Assembly (NCBI GenBank): GCA_027488835.1
Contig: JAIYAW010000004.1
Span: 71,271-135,270, forward strand
Direction: 5' to 3'
DNA length: 64,000 bases
Origin: Bacteroidota bacterium
GTDB taxonomy: Bacteria > Bacteroidota > Bacteroidia > NS11-12g > UBA955
The notes under the pieces: generated by a model
Seen by the model: the letters and a program-made list of their open reading frames with translations, nothing else
Told to the model about the DNA's origin: nothing
Databases searched by the model: none
Part shown: positions 47,414 to 56,593 of the stretch, piece by piece
Numbering within the stretch: position 1 is the first letter of the stretch
Layout of the letters: every line of letters begins with the position of its first letter
Position numbers and translations under genes: made by a program

Positions 47414-48559
47414 TTAGCTAATAAAATCTAAATATTCTTTGGGGTGAATAACATGGAATTCAGCTGTTGGATATGATTTTGACCAAAGTGCAGGTGCCTT
47501 TGGCTGTTTTTTTGTGGTCCATTTAAATTCATATCCAACTATTTTTCCATCGCTTTCTTCAACCCAGTCAATTTCTTGTTTTGTATGTGTTCTCCAAAAA
47601 TAATTAGATTGATGTAAACGTAAATATTCCTGTTTTTTTAATCTTTCTGAAATCAGATAATTCTCCCAAAGTTTGCCTTGGTCATCTCGCAGAGGGATGT
47701 CATTAAAGTTGTTAATAAGGGCATTTCTAATTCCATTATCATAAAAATACCATTTATTTTTTTTTGTTATTTCATTGTCAAGATTTCGACTGAATCCCGT
47801 AACCTTATGAATAATCATTACCTTTGATAGTAAATCAAGGTATTTATCAACTGTACTTTTTCCCAATTGAAGTTCGTTTGAAATTCCTTCAATTGAAATT
47901 TCACTTCCAACTCTAAACGCAATCATGCGCAACAACAAAACAATCACATTGCGCTTGCGAATTCCCTCAAATTCTAAAATATCCTTTAATAAATATGAGT
48001 TAACTTGTTCCATTAAATAATCAATTTTTTCAGAACGGGAGTTCAATTGTTCTAATTCTGGATACGATCCGAATATCAAACGTTCATCTAGTTTTTGAAT
48101 TGTTTCGATATGATTTTCCTGCTTGGAAAATTCAAGTTGTGCCAATGGAAATATCTGAAATGTCATTTTACGACCTACCAAAGGTTCGCCCAAATTATGA
48201 TTCAAATCAAAAGCCGACGATCCAGTTGCCAATACTTTTAGTCCGTCTATTGAATCCAACATTAATTTCAATTTAATAGCAATTTCTGAAATGGACTGAA
48301 CTTCATCTATAATGAGTAATCGATTATTCCCTAATAGCCTTTGGTAATTTTGGATCGTACGCTTTTCTAATAGTTCATGACTAAGTAAGTCGTCTCCATT
48401 CAAAAACAAAAAGGGTTCTTGACAATTTTCCATGAATTTGCGAATCAATTCTGTTTTCCCTACGCGTCTTGCCCCGAGTAAAATAACTGCCTTATTCGGT
48501 TTTAAATATTGGTGAATGAGAGGTTCAATTGCTCTTTCAATATATTTTATTGTTGTCAT
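47414..48559 (-). CDS. AAA+ ATPase with C-terminal DUF4143 domain
   Basis: 381 aa. Walker A GARRVGKTEL. Walker B LLIIDEVQ. C-terminal DUF4143-like region. Confidence 0.75.
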   Translation of the reverse strand: MTTIKYIERAIEPLIHQYLKPNKAVILLGARRVGKTELIRKFMENCQEPFLFLNGDDLLSHELLEKRTIQNYQRLLGNNRLLIIDEVQSISEIAIKLKLMLDSIDGLKVLATGSSAFDLNHNLGEPLVGRKMTFQIFPLAQLEFSKQENHIETIQKLDERLIFGSYPELEQLNSRSEKIDYLMEQVNSYLLKDILEFEGIRKRNVIVLLLRMIAFRVGSEISIEGISNELQLGKSTVDKYLDLLSKVMIIHKVTGFSRNLDNEITKKNKWYFYDNGIRNALINNFNDIPLRDDQGKLWENYLISERLKKQEYLRLHQSNYFWRTHTKQEIDWVEESDGKIVGYEFKWTTKKQPKAPALWSKSYPTAEFHVIHPKEYLDFIS

Positions 48560-48910
48560 AATGGTTGAAAATTAAGTTCAAATATACGTTTTTCTATTAA
48601 ATTCCGACAATATAACAGCGGAAATCTATTGAATTCCGACAATTTGGTGATTAATTTTTTTTTGGAGGGACAATTCTTCCATTTTTTGAAAAATACAATT
48701 CAATAGAATTGATTTATAAGGTTTACGCCAATGAAAATCCGCCAAGAAATGGTTGATTTGATAGAAACGATTGAGGGGTATAAATTTATTTAGGGGGTAA
48801 TTGTCGCTTTTTGCTATCTCAAACCTATGAATCTTACAATTATTATCAAATCTTTTATAATATGCACGTTGACAAACAACCGCACTTTTGTATAGTTCAA
48901 AATAAACCAA

Positions 48911-49462
48911 ATGAAAAAATATCTTCCAATTTACTTTTATGGTCTTATTATTCTTCTTGAAGGATTTTTTCTCGTGTTTTCAGAATATTATACATTTAAT
49001 ATTATCAAACTGTCGTTAGGAATCTCTTTGATTATTGCAGCTTTGCCGGCATTTATGGCTGTTTTTTCAAAACAAATGAAACAGGTTCAAATTACCTATC
49101 ATGAAATACATGCTTTGACTATGTTGGTTTATGGTATATCTATCTTGTTGTTCTGTAATACAATTGAAATGATAATTTCATTTACTGCCTTTTTGTTTAT
49201 TTTCTATATGTTTTCAGAAATAGTATTTTGTAGTTGGCTTTTTAACTTAGGGCGTAAAGTTGTTTATAAAATTATTATCGTAAGGTTTTTATTAGGTTTA
49301 GCTACCGGTGTTGGCACTGTGGCCGCAATGAACTCTTCATCCTTTAAATTGGAAGGTTTTGGCGTATTATTCATTATGGTTGGAATAAATATCCTTTTCT
49401 ACGTTCCAGTAATGAAAGGGAATGAACTGAGTGATGTTAAACTTGCGGAAAAAGAGCATTAA
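48911..49462 (+). CDS. hypothetical membrane protein
   Basis: 183 aa. 5-6 transmembrane segments. No recognisable domain. Confidence 0.4.
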   Translation: MKKYLPIYFYGLIILLEGFFLVFSEYYTFNIIKLSLGISLIIAALPAFMAVFSKQMKQVQITYHEIHALTMLVYGISILLFCNTIEMIISFTAFLFIFYMFSEIVFCSWLFNLGRKVVYKIIIVRFLLGLATGVGTVAAMNSSSFKLEGFGVLFIMVGINILFYVPVMKGNELSDVKLAEKEH

Positions 49463-49481
49463 AACTTTTGCCGCCTCATAT

Positions 49482-50510
49482 TTAATTCAATTCAACATCC
49501 CTCATGAACCCCCCAAATGCCTTGGCCAATTTGGAAATGTCGCTCAAAATGCTAAATCCTATTTTCATGTCGCCGTGGTCTAGCAAATTCGATAGTTCTA
49601 AATGGATTCTGTGGTTGTAATTTTTCATCAATGAATGCATCAAAACAGATTCGGAAGATGGAATTATAACATCGTCTTTGCCGTGTATGATTGCAACCGG
49701 ACAAGTGATTTTATGGGCATGTTTTGATAAATCCAAGCGGTCCTTCCAGATGTCGAAATCGGGAATTTTTGTCCAAGCACGCATGATCATTTCTCTTCTG
49801 AATTCGGTATTGAATCTCAACTTTTTATACAATTCAACAATTTCTATATCTGTTTGCTCAAGTAATCCGGGCAACAATGGGACATCTCTTCTCAAGCCAT
49901 TGTCTTCCAGAGCCGTATGAATCAATGCTTCTAATTTGACATTGTTTCCAATTTCATATTTGAGAAAATTTTTCATGAGAATGTGCATGCCATAATCTTC
50001 CGAATTTTTATCATTTGTTAACGCAAATTCAATGGTAGTTTCAAAATCACAAAAACTTCCGATTAGGCATAAAGCAGACACGCTATTCTCCGGCATTTCG
50101 GCAATTGCCAACCCGGCAATTCCAGCCGTAAAAGAAGGTGCAAAAACAGCAGGACGAAATTTGTTGGGGTTCAATTCTGAATCAACTGCGATGCGATGAA
50201 TGACTTCCTTCATTTCATCAATTCCAGCAGGATGAATCAATAAGTCATCGATGGTGCCAATTTTCGGGGTAATTACCCGGTATCCCAATTTGGCGAAGGA
50301 ATTATTGACCACCGCAATGCGTTTGTCTTGGTATCCACTCATTGAAAATCCTGTGAGGGAAATAATGAGTCCTTTTTCTTTCTGTTTGGGCGTATACGAA
50401 AGCACAGGTGTTTTGCCATTTGAAAGTGACAATTCACGCTCTTCTCCTTTACTGTCATTTTTAAGCAAAGAAGTGTTGATGATAAATTTGAGTCCTGCGA
50501 GTAACGACAT
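49482..50510 (-). CDS. alpha/beta-fold hydrolase
   Basis: 342 aa. Nucleophile elbow FAPSFTAG. C-terminal ...IIHGKDDVII... and a ...LDHGD... His region. Confidence 0.6.
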   Translation of the reverse strand: MSLLAGLKFIINTSLLKNDSKGEERELSLSNGKTPVLSYTPKQKEKGLIISLTGFSMSGYQDKRIAVVNNSFAKLGYRVITPKIGTIDDLLIHPAGIDEMKEVIHRIAVDSELNPNKFRPAVFAPSFTAGIAGLAIAEMPENSVSALCLIGSFCDFETTIEFALTNDKNSEDYGMHILMKNFLKYEIGNNVKLEALIHTALEDNGLRRDVPLLPGLLEQTDIEIVELYKKLRFNTEFRREMIMRAWTKIPDFDIWKDRLDLSKHAHKITCPVAIIHGKDDVIIPSSESVLMHSLMKNYNHRIHLELSNLLDHGDMKIGFSILSDISKLAKAFGGFMRDVELN

Positions 50511-50635
50511 ATTCTTTAGTTTGTTAATCAGCTAAAACCACAATGATAGATGCATTTATTGCAATTTCCAAGGGTTTTACTGAATGTTAACAATAGAATA
50601 ATCAAAGTTAGGGGAGCAGCTTGACATTTTGGGAT

Positions 50636-51202
50636 TTATAATTCATTCGCGATGAAAATATCTGTAAATGTTCCTTCGCTAAGAACTACCTTAGGATATC
50701 GGGCATCTTTGGGTGTAAAGAAAATTTCAAAGGTTCCAGAGCAAACTTTACCTGGTCTGTCAAACTTTGTAATGGATAATTTCCCTGTAATGTGATACAT
50801 TTTTTGAGCCATTCCGTATAAAATGGCTGTATCTTCGGTTGTAAAGAAAATGTTAGGAAATTCAGATTTGTCTGAATCAAATGTATAGCTACCAATTCTT
50901 TGTGAATTCACAGGTAAATTTTTAATGTTTAATAATCCTTCAGAATTGTTTTCCCAACCAGCTAAACCAAATGTATCTACGCCAAGCTCGTTAAAAGCCA
51001 AAGAGGTATAGCCTGCAATTTGACGCCAACCACTTTGGGTCGTATCTAATGGACGTGATTCCCAATTTGCCCCGTTGTATTTACAAACGATACTTCCTTT
51101 CTTTCCTGTAGGTAGGTTGTTGTTTGCGGGTTCATTCTTTTTACATGAACTTAATGCAAAAAACAATGCCAAGGTTCCGAATAAAATAATTTTGTTTTTC
51201 AT
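50636..51202 (-). CDS. hypothetical lipoprotein
   Basis: 188 aa. Signal peptide plus lipobox (LALFFALSSCKK). Confidence 0.5.
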   Translation of the reverse strand: MKNKIILFGTLALFFALSSCKKNEPANNNLPTGKKGSIVCKYNGANWESRPLDTTQSGWRQIAGYTSLAFNELGVDTFGLAGWENNSEGLLNIKNLPVNSQRIGSYTFDSDKSEFPNIFFTTEDTAILYGMAQKMYHITGKLSITKFDRPGKVCSGTFEIFFTPKDARYPKVVLSEGTFTDIFIANEL

Positions 51203-51733
51203 GCCTCAAAATTATATTTTCCATAATAATTTGGATGTTTACTGTTTGGAATATTTTTACGGATTTTCCTTAAATGAATCATTTGTTTTATTAAAAATTC
51301 ATAATTCAATACCAAATTTAATTGCTAGCGCAGGCAACTTATTTTCATAAATTGCATTTTTGTATATATGCGGGAAGTGCAACTCTCTGAAATTAGGCAA
51401 TGCCAAAATAACGTAAAGCTAAATAACCTTACCCCCAAGATGAAGTCATCGCGCGATTTAAGAGTTTTGGGATTCGAGTTTGGATTGTTTTTAAGAGGTG
51501 AATCATCAGTATTAACCTTGTTGCCTACATCAGGTTATGTTGCAAAATTTTATAGGCAATGGGGTAATTTTAGGTTAAACACGGGGATTTATCAAAGCAA
51601 AACGAGTGTTGCTGGACTCATTACTGTTGAATTATTTGATCTATTTGGAAGATATGTAAGGCGAGATTAAGTTGTTGGAAATAACTTATTTTTGTTTTGT
51701 ATTTAATTAAATATAACATTAATAATATCCTTC

Positions 51734-52096
51734 ATGAACAATATACTTTTCTCTCTGTTAATTTTTGTTTGTTGCCTAGGTTGCAATAGCAAAAATGGTT
51801 CCAATAATGAAGCTGCAATTCCTGAATATACTGTTTTGTCATCAGTTGATTTGTATACGGGAAAAGGGAAATGCGGAGAAATTCTCATGCCATCGGTTTC
51901 AAGGGGGGTATCGAAATCCGATAGGGAAAAAATATTGAAAGCCATAATGAAAGAGAAGGGATGGGTTATCATTTCTGCCTATGTAAACAAGAATGCCTAT
52001 AGCGAAAAAAGCTGTGCGCCATATTCAAAGCGTTCTAAGTCCTTCAAAGAAGGATATTTAGGGAAGATTAATGGGGATGGTGAATTCTCTGATTAG
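51734..52096 (+). CDS. hypothetical lipoprotein
   Basis: 120 aa. Signal plus lipobox (LLIFVCCLGCNSK). Confidence 0.45.
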   Translation: MNNILFSLLIFVCCLGCNSKNGSNNEAAIPEYTVLSSVDLYTGKGKCGEILMPSVSRGVSKSDREKILKAIMKEKGWVIISAYVNKNAYSEKSCAPYSKRSKSFKEGYLGKINGDGEFSD

Positions 52097-52232
52097 ATAG
52101 ACGAATTTATTGGGCTTTTTTCAATAGAATTACCAAGAAACTTTACCAAAATACCAATAATTTGGTATTGAGAGGGATAAAAAAATCTAATAGTTTTGTT
52201 TTAAAAAATAAACTCAACTAGCTAAAAAACGC

Positions 52233-52883
52233 ATGAAAAAATTATTAGTTTTAATTGGATTCGCATTTTTATGTATGCCTTCGTTTGCTCAAAATATTAC
52301 ATGCAAGGAACTTGTTACATACAGAAACACTGTATTATTAAAAGCTTGGGATAAGGAATGTAGGAAATACGATGCTTTTTATTTTTACAATTCCGTAATA
52401 AAATCAGAAATGGCAAAACTAAGTTCAATGAAAAATCGCACAGATTGGGGTGCTATTGCTTTGTCAATTAAATCTGTAACAGATGTTTTGTCAAACACTT
52501 TAAATCTATCCAAGTTTCTTAAGGGTGCGAAAAAAGCGAAAGGTGTTTACAAGGTTATTCTAAAGGAAGCAAAAGTTAGAAAAAGTGATTTTGAAAAGGC
52601 TATTCAAGAAGAGTCGGATGCTTGCATTTGGGAAGATATTGGTAACTCAATAATTGAAGTTATTCCAATTGTAAATAACCTTAAGGCAACAATGGATAAC
52701 ATTAAAACTTATAATGAATATGAAAAATCAAAACGAGAAATAGACAATCAACTAAAAAATTGCCAATCTAAATTAGCGCAAGTGGAAATGAAATTGAAAA
52801 ATTCAAGCAATAAATTAACTGCACTAAATAACATAAAAAATGAAATTGATGCTTATTTGGTTAAGTTTTGCAAGTCAAATTAA
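52233..52883 (+). CDS. hypothetical secreted coiled-coil protein
   Basis: 216 aa. Signal peptide MKKLLVLIGFAFLCMPSFAQN. K/E-rich heptad-like C-terminal half. Confidence 0.45.
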   Translation: MKKLLVLIGFAFLCMPSFAQNITCKELVTYRNTVLLKAWDKECRKYDAFYFYNSVIKSEMAKLSSMKNRTDWGAIALSIKSVTDVLSNTLNLSKFLKGAKKAKGVYKVILKEAKVRKSDFEKAIQEESDACIWEDIGNSIIEVIPIVNNLKATMDNIKTYNEYEKSKREIDNQLKNCQSKLAQVEMKLKNSSNKLTALNNIKNEIDAYLVKFCKSN

Positions 52884-53307
52884 TTGATTATTGCAAATTG
52901 CACAATTAACTTTATGGTAATTCCGTAATGGTAAGTTTGAAACATCGTAATATTTAATTCCCCGCTGAACTCAAAAAAGGAGTTACAATGTAACTCCCTT
53001 TTCGACTACCTATAATTAAACAATACTGAAATTTTTTATTAATTCGTGATTCCTATTTTTTCATTTTGGTTTTTTGATTGTGTTTGATATAAATAATATA
53101 CACACCATAAAACAATCCATTTTAATATTATATTCATTCTGATCATCTTGCAGGTTCTCTAAATTAACCACAGCACCCCGATAAACTTATTGATGTTTTG
53201 AAGTTTTCTGTCACCAGCGTAGATTTTACTTTTCCTGAGTACAAATGTTAAATTTTGAAATAATAAATAATAATTTATATTTGTAATAAAGAACATAATG
53301 AATCATT

Positions 53308-54234
53308 ATGAATTATACGCTCAATCAACTTAGAATTTTTTATAAAATCACCCAAACCAAGAGTATAACCAAGGCCGCAGACGAATTGCACTTAACTCAA
53401 CCGGCTGTTTCTATTCAATTGAAAAATTTTCAAAACCAGTTTGAAATTCCACTCACAGAAACGGTAAATAAGAAGATTTACATTACCGATTTTGGTTATG
53501 AAATTGCTGCTGCAGCCGAGAAAATACTGGATGAAGCAATGGGTATCCAAGATAAATTGATGTCGTTCAAAGGAAAACTTACTGGGAAATTAAAATTATC
53601 TACAGTTTCAACAGGTAAATATGTTTTGCCTTACTTTTTAAGTGCATTTCTTAAACAAAATCCAGGCATTAATTTGGCACTCGATGTCACAAATCGTCAG
53701 AAGGTAACTGAAAATTTAGAAAAAAACGAGATTGATTTTGGACTTACCTCCATGGCAATTGATTCTTTGAGGTTGGATAGCATAGAATTGTTAAAAAATC
53801 AATTGGTTTTGGTTGGAAGTCCTTCGTTACAGTCTGAAAAATGGGAAAACGCACAACCATCTTTTTTGGAAGAAGTACCTCTGATTTACAGAGAGCAGGG
53901 TTCTGGAACCCGTTATATCATGGAAGATTACATTTCAAAGCATGGACTTAATGTAAATCAGAAATTGGAATTAACCTCTAATGAGGCAGTGAAACAAGCA
54001 ACCATTGCAGGTTTGGGATATTCAATTGTGCCAATAATTGGGATCAAAAATGAATTGGAGCTAAGGCAATTGCAGGTCATTCAAATCAAAGATTTACCAA
54101 TTATTAGCACTTGGAGCCTAGTTTGGCCCATTGGTAAGAAAGTAACACCCATTATGAGTGCATTTATAAATTTTTTAGATTCGGAAAAATCGCAAATCAT
54201 AGAACGGTATTTTCCTTATGCTAAATTTATGTGA
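53308..54234 (+). CDS. LysR family transcriptional regulator (no redox cysteines; not OxyR)
   Basis: 308 aa. N-terminal wHTH LNQLRIFYKITQTKSITKAADELHLTQPAVSIQLKNFQ plus an LysR substrate-binding domain. The protein contains no Cys. Confidence 0.85.
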   Translation: MNYTLNQLRIFYKITQTKSITKAADELHLTQPAVSIQLKNFQNQFEIPLTETVNKKIYITDFGYEIAAAAEKILDEAMGIQDKLMSFKGKLTGKLKLSTVSTGKYVLPYFLSAFLKQNPGINLALDVTNRQKVTENLEKNEIDFGLTSMAIDSLRLDSIELLKNQLVLVGSPSLQSEKWENAQPSFLEEVPLIYREQGSGTRYIMEDYISKHGLNVNQKLELTSNEAVKQATIAGLGYSIVPIIGIKNELELRQLQVIQIKDLPIISTWSLVWPIGKKVTPIMSAFINFLDSEKSQIIERYFPYAKFM

Positions 54235-54261
54235 AATTTGATTTCAACCCTTCTCTTTTCT

Positions 54262-54269
54262 TACCTTTG
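54262..54269 (+). promoter_or_regulatory. Bacteroidota -7 promoter element (TAnnTTTG) upstream of the peroxiredoxin gene
   Basis: TACCTTTG lies 37 nt upstream of the ATG at 54306. Confidence 0.4.
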
Positions 54270-54305
54270 TGGTTCAATTATTTCAAACTTAAAATTTATA
54301 AAAAT

Positions 54306-54944
54306 ATGTCATTTGTAGGAAAAAAATTCCCAAACCTAACGGTTGATGCAATTACCAGTTTTGGTGATAATTTGTCAATCAACATTTTCGAAGAAGCAAC
54401 TAAAAACAAGAAGAAAATTTGTTTGTTTTGGTATCCAAAAGATTTCACTTTTGTTTGTCCAACTGAGTTGCATGCTTTTCAAGAAAAACTTAGTGAATTC
54501 GAATCTCGCAATACCATGGTTATTGGTGCTTCTTGCGATACCAACGAAGTACATTTTGCTTGGTTGAGCACTCCCAAAGAACAAGGCGGCATTGAAGGGG
54601 TAAATTACCCAATTTTAGCCGATACCAACCGCAATTTATCAAGCGTTTTGGATATTTTAGACATCCAATCTTCTGAATTTAACGAAGAATTAGATACCAT
54701 TATTTACACAGGATCTAATGTTACTTACAGAGCTACATATTTGATTGACGAAGATGGAACTGTTTTTCACGAAAGTGTAAATCACATGCCTTTGGGTAGA
54801 AACGTAAACGAATTCCTTCGTTTGATCGATGCTTATAGCCACGTTCAAAACCACGGTGAAGTTTGTCCTGCAAACTGGCAAACTGGCGACGATGCCATGA
54901 ACGCAACCCGCGATGGTGTGTCTGACTATTTGTCTAACCACTAA
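54306..54944 (+). CDS. 2-Cys peroxiredoxin (AhpC/Tsa family)
   Basis: The ATG at 54306 gives MSFVGKKFPNLTVDAI.... Peroxidatic Cys in FTFVCPTEL. Resolving Cys in GEVCPANW. Confidence 0.9.
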   Translation: MSFVGKKFPNLTVDAITSFGDNLSINIFEEATKNKKKICLFWYPKDFTFVCPTELHAFQEKLSEFESRNTMVIGASCDTNEVHFAWLSTPKEQGGIEGVNYPILADTNRNLSSVLDILDIQSSEFNEELDTIIYTGSNVTYRATYLIDEDGTVFHESVNHMPLGRNVNEFLRLIDAYSHVQNHGEVCPANWQTGDDAMNATRDGVSDYLSNH

Positions 54945-54966
54945 TCACAGAAATTAATAACTCTGA

Positions 54967-55000
54967 AAGGCGGTTAACCAATGGTTAATCGCCTTTTTTT
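54967..55000 (+). terminator. rho-independent terminator after the peroxiredoxin gene
   Basis: AGGCGGTTAACCAATGGTTAATCGCCTTTTTTT. Confidence 0.6.
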
Positions 55001-55116
55001 ATACCCAAAATACCCTGTGCTTGATTTCGATTTTTTCTTTTGAGGGACAAAAGCTTTCCATTATTTCTTTGAATTTAGTTGCTTAGAATTTCGCATTCCA
55101 TTATTTTAGCGGCATT

Positions 55117-55476
55117 ATGAGTCAATCATTATCGCATGAGGAGCGAATGGCAAACATGAATTTTGGTTTGGTTTATCCGTTGTACTTGGCTAAAATCACG
55201 AGAAAGGGTAGAACCGAGTCTGAGCTTCTTGAGGTGATTTGTTGGTTGACAGGTTATTCACAAGGCGAAATTCAACAGCTGGTAAACGATAAAGCGACAT
55301 TTAAAACCCTGTTTGATGGGGCCAATCTTCACGCAAATGCCACGCTCATTACTGGTATGATTTGCGGTTATAGAATTGAAGAGATACAGAATCCCCACAC
55401 AAAAAATGTGCGTTATCTAGATAAACTCGTAGATGAACTTGCTAAGGGTAAGAAAATGGAGAATATTCTCCGTTGA
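55117..55476 (+). CDS. DUF2200 domain protein
   Basis: 119 aa. MSQSLSHEERMANMNFGLVYPLYLAKITRKGRTESELLEVICWLTGY is characteristic of DUF2200. Confidence 0.65.
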   Translation: MSQSLSHEERMANMNFGLVYPLYLAKITRKGRTESELLEVICWLTGYSQGEIQQLVNDKATFKTLFDGANLHANATLITGMICGYRIEEIQNPHTKNVRYLDKLVDELAKGKKMENILR

Positions 55477-55482
55477 TTGAAA

Positions 55483-56379
55483 TTACTTCATCATTTGAAC
55501 CATGTTTGACATGATTTGCTGAATATTCAATTGGATGCTATTCAATTGGTTCTGGCTCGCTTTGATTTCGTTATCTGCTTTACTTACCATTGGCCAGTTA
55601 TTGCTGCATGAACTGATTTTTTGACGACCAATTGTTTTCGAGTTGAATTCATTCAATGTGGCTTCTAAACTTGTTTTAACCGCATTGATATTTTTGAGGG
55701 ACAGTTGTAACTTTTCAATGTCGGACTTCAGCGATTTGCAATTTTCAGGCTTTTTGAGTTCGTTTACATTTACATATTCATTGATTTTGATCTCTGATTT
55801 TTTCAAATCTGCTTCGAATTGTTCTTGTGCCTTATTCAAATCGGCAATTGCCTTTTGGAAACTATTTTTATAGCTAACAACATCTACCATTTGTATCGAT
55901 GGAACCACATTTTTTGTAACATAATTACTAAACTCTTGTGCTCTTTTAATGGTTGCTTCACCTTGCGTTTGAAGACTTCCCATCTTTGATTTGATATTTT
56001 CTCTGGTGCTTTTAAGCTGCCCGAATTCAGGAGTTCCTGAAACAATTTTGTCTTTTCCCTGTGTGTATTTTTGAAAATTGGCATATTCTTGATACAATTC
56101 TGCTTTCATAGAATTGACTTTTGCCATTTCAGTTTGTAACGAAGCATACATTTTGTCGGATTGCTTCATGGTCTCTGGTTTTGTATCGCATTGAATGTCG
56201 TTGTATTGCGATTGCAATAAATTCATTTGGTATTCCAAATTATTTAAGCTGTTATCGGCTTGGTTTACCGATAATTTCAGGCTGTTATTTACCTGAGAAG
56301 TGGTATAATAAACCGAGCAACTTGTGGTACAGAAAATTACGGTTGCAAGTGTAAATAAAGTTTGTAACTGCTTATTCAT
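55483..56379 (-). CDS. hypothetical coiled-coil lipoprotein
   Basis: 298 aa. Signal plus lipobox (FCTTSCSVY). Long coiled-coil-like Q/K/E-rich repeats. Confidence 0.5.
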   Translation of the reverse strand: MNKQLQTLFTLATVIFCTTSCSVYYTTSQVNNSLKLSVNQADNSLNNLEYQMNLLQSQYNDIQCDTKPETMKQSDKMYASLQTEMAKVNSMKAELYQEYANFQKYTQGKDKIVSGTPEFGQLKSTRENIKSKMGSLQTQGEATIKRAQEFSNYVTKNVVPSIQMVDVVSYKNSFQKAIADLNKAQEQFEADLKKSEIKINEYVNVNELKKPENCKSLKSDIEKLQLSLKNINAVKTSLEATLNEFNSKTIGRQKISSCSNNWPMVSKADNEIKASQNQLNSIQLNIQQIMSNMVQMMK

Positions 56380-56390
56380 GCTTGCAATTT

Positions 56391-56578
56391 AGGGGAATTC
56401 TGGGGTTTATAAAAGTTTATAAGCGTTTATAAAAGTTTAGTTTTAGTGATTACCTAAATTAAACAGCGCTGTATCAATTGGGCAGCGTAAACCGCCGTAG
56501 TCGTCAACAGGCGAAGCCTTTAACTTACTCTAAACGAGCGCAGCTCTTCTAAACTATAAAAGAACGTAGTGATTTTAT
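56391..56578 (+). repeat. intergenic modular repeat element, copy 3 (between divergent gene starts)
   Basis: AGGGGAATTCTGGGGTTTATAAAAGTTTATAAGCGTTTATAAAAGTTTAGTTTTAGTGATTACCTAAATTAAACAGCG...GTCGTCAACAGGCGAAGCC...CTAAACGAGCGCAGCTCTTCTAAACTATAAAAGAACGTAGTGATTTTAT. Confidence 0.75.
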
Positions 56579-56593
56579 ATTATATTTGTAGTC

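Noticed and set aside
48626-48910. 94-aa minus-strand ORF between the ATPase gene and the membrane protein gene
   Set aside because: It overlaps the probable promoter regions of both neighbours. It has no signal or domain features and odd composition. Likely non-coding.
47050-52883. Genomic island integrated at tRNA-Ser
   Set aside because: No integrase, no visible direct repeat of the tRNA 3' end, and no phage or conjugative genes. The downstream genes are hypothetical lipoproteins and hydrolases only. Kept only as a weak possibility under the GC-rich-segment finding.
53308-54234. First LysR regulator as OxyR (because it precedes a peroxiredoxin)
   Set aside because: The protein contains no cysteine at all, so it cannot be a thiol-based peroxide sensor. 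The Cys-pair OxyR is the second LysR at 62596, next to katG.
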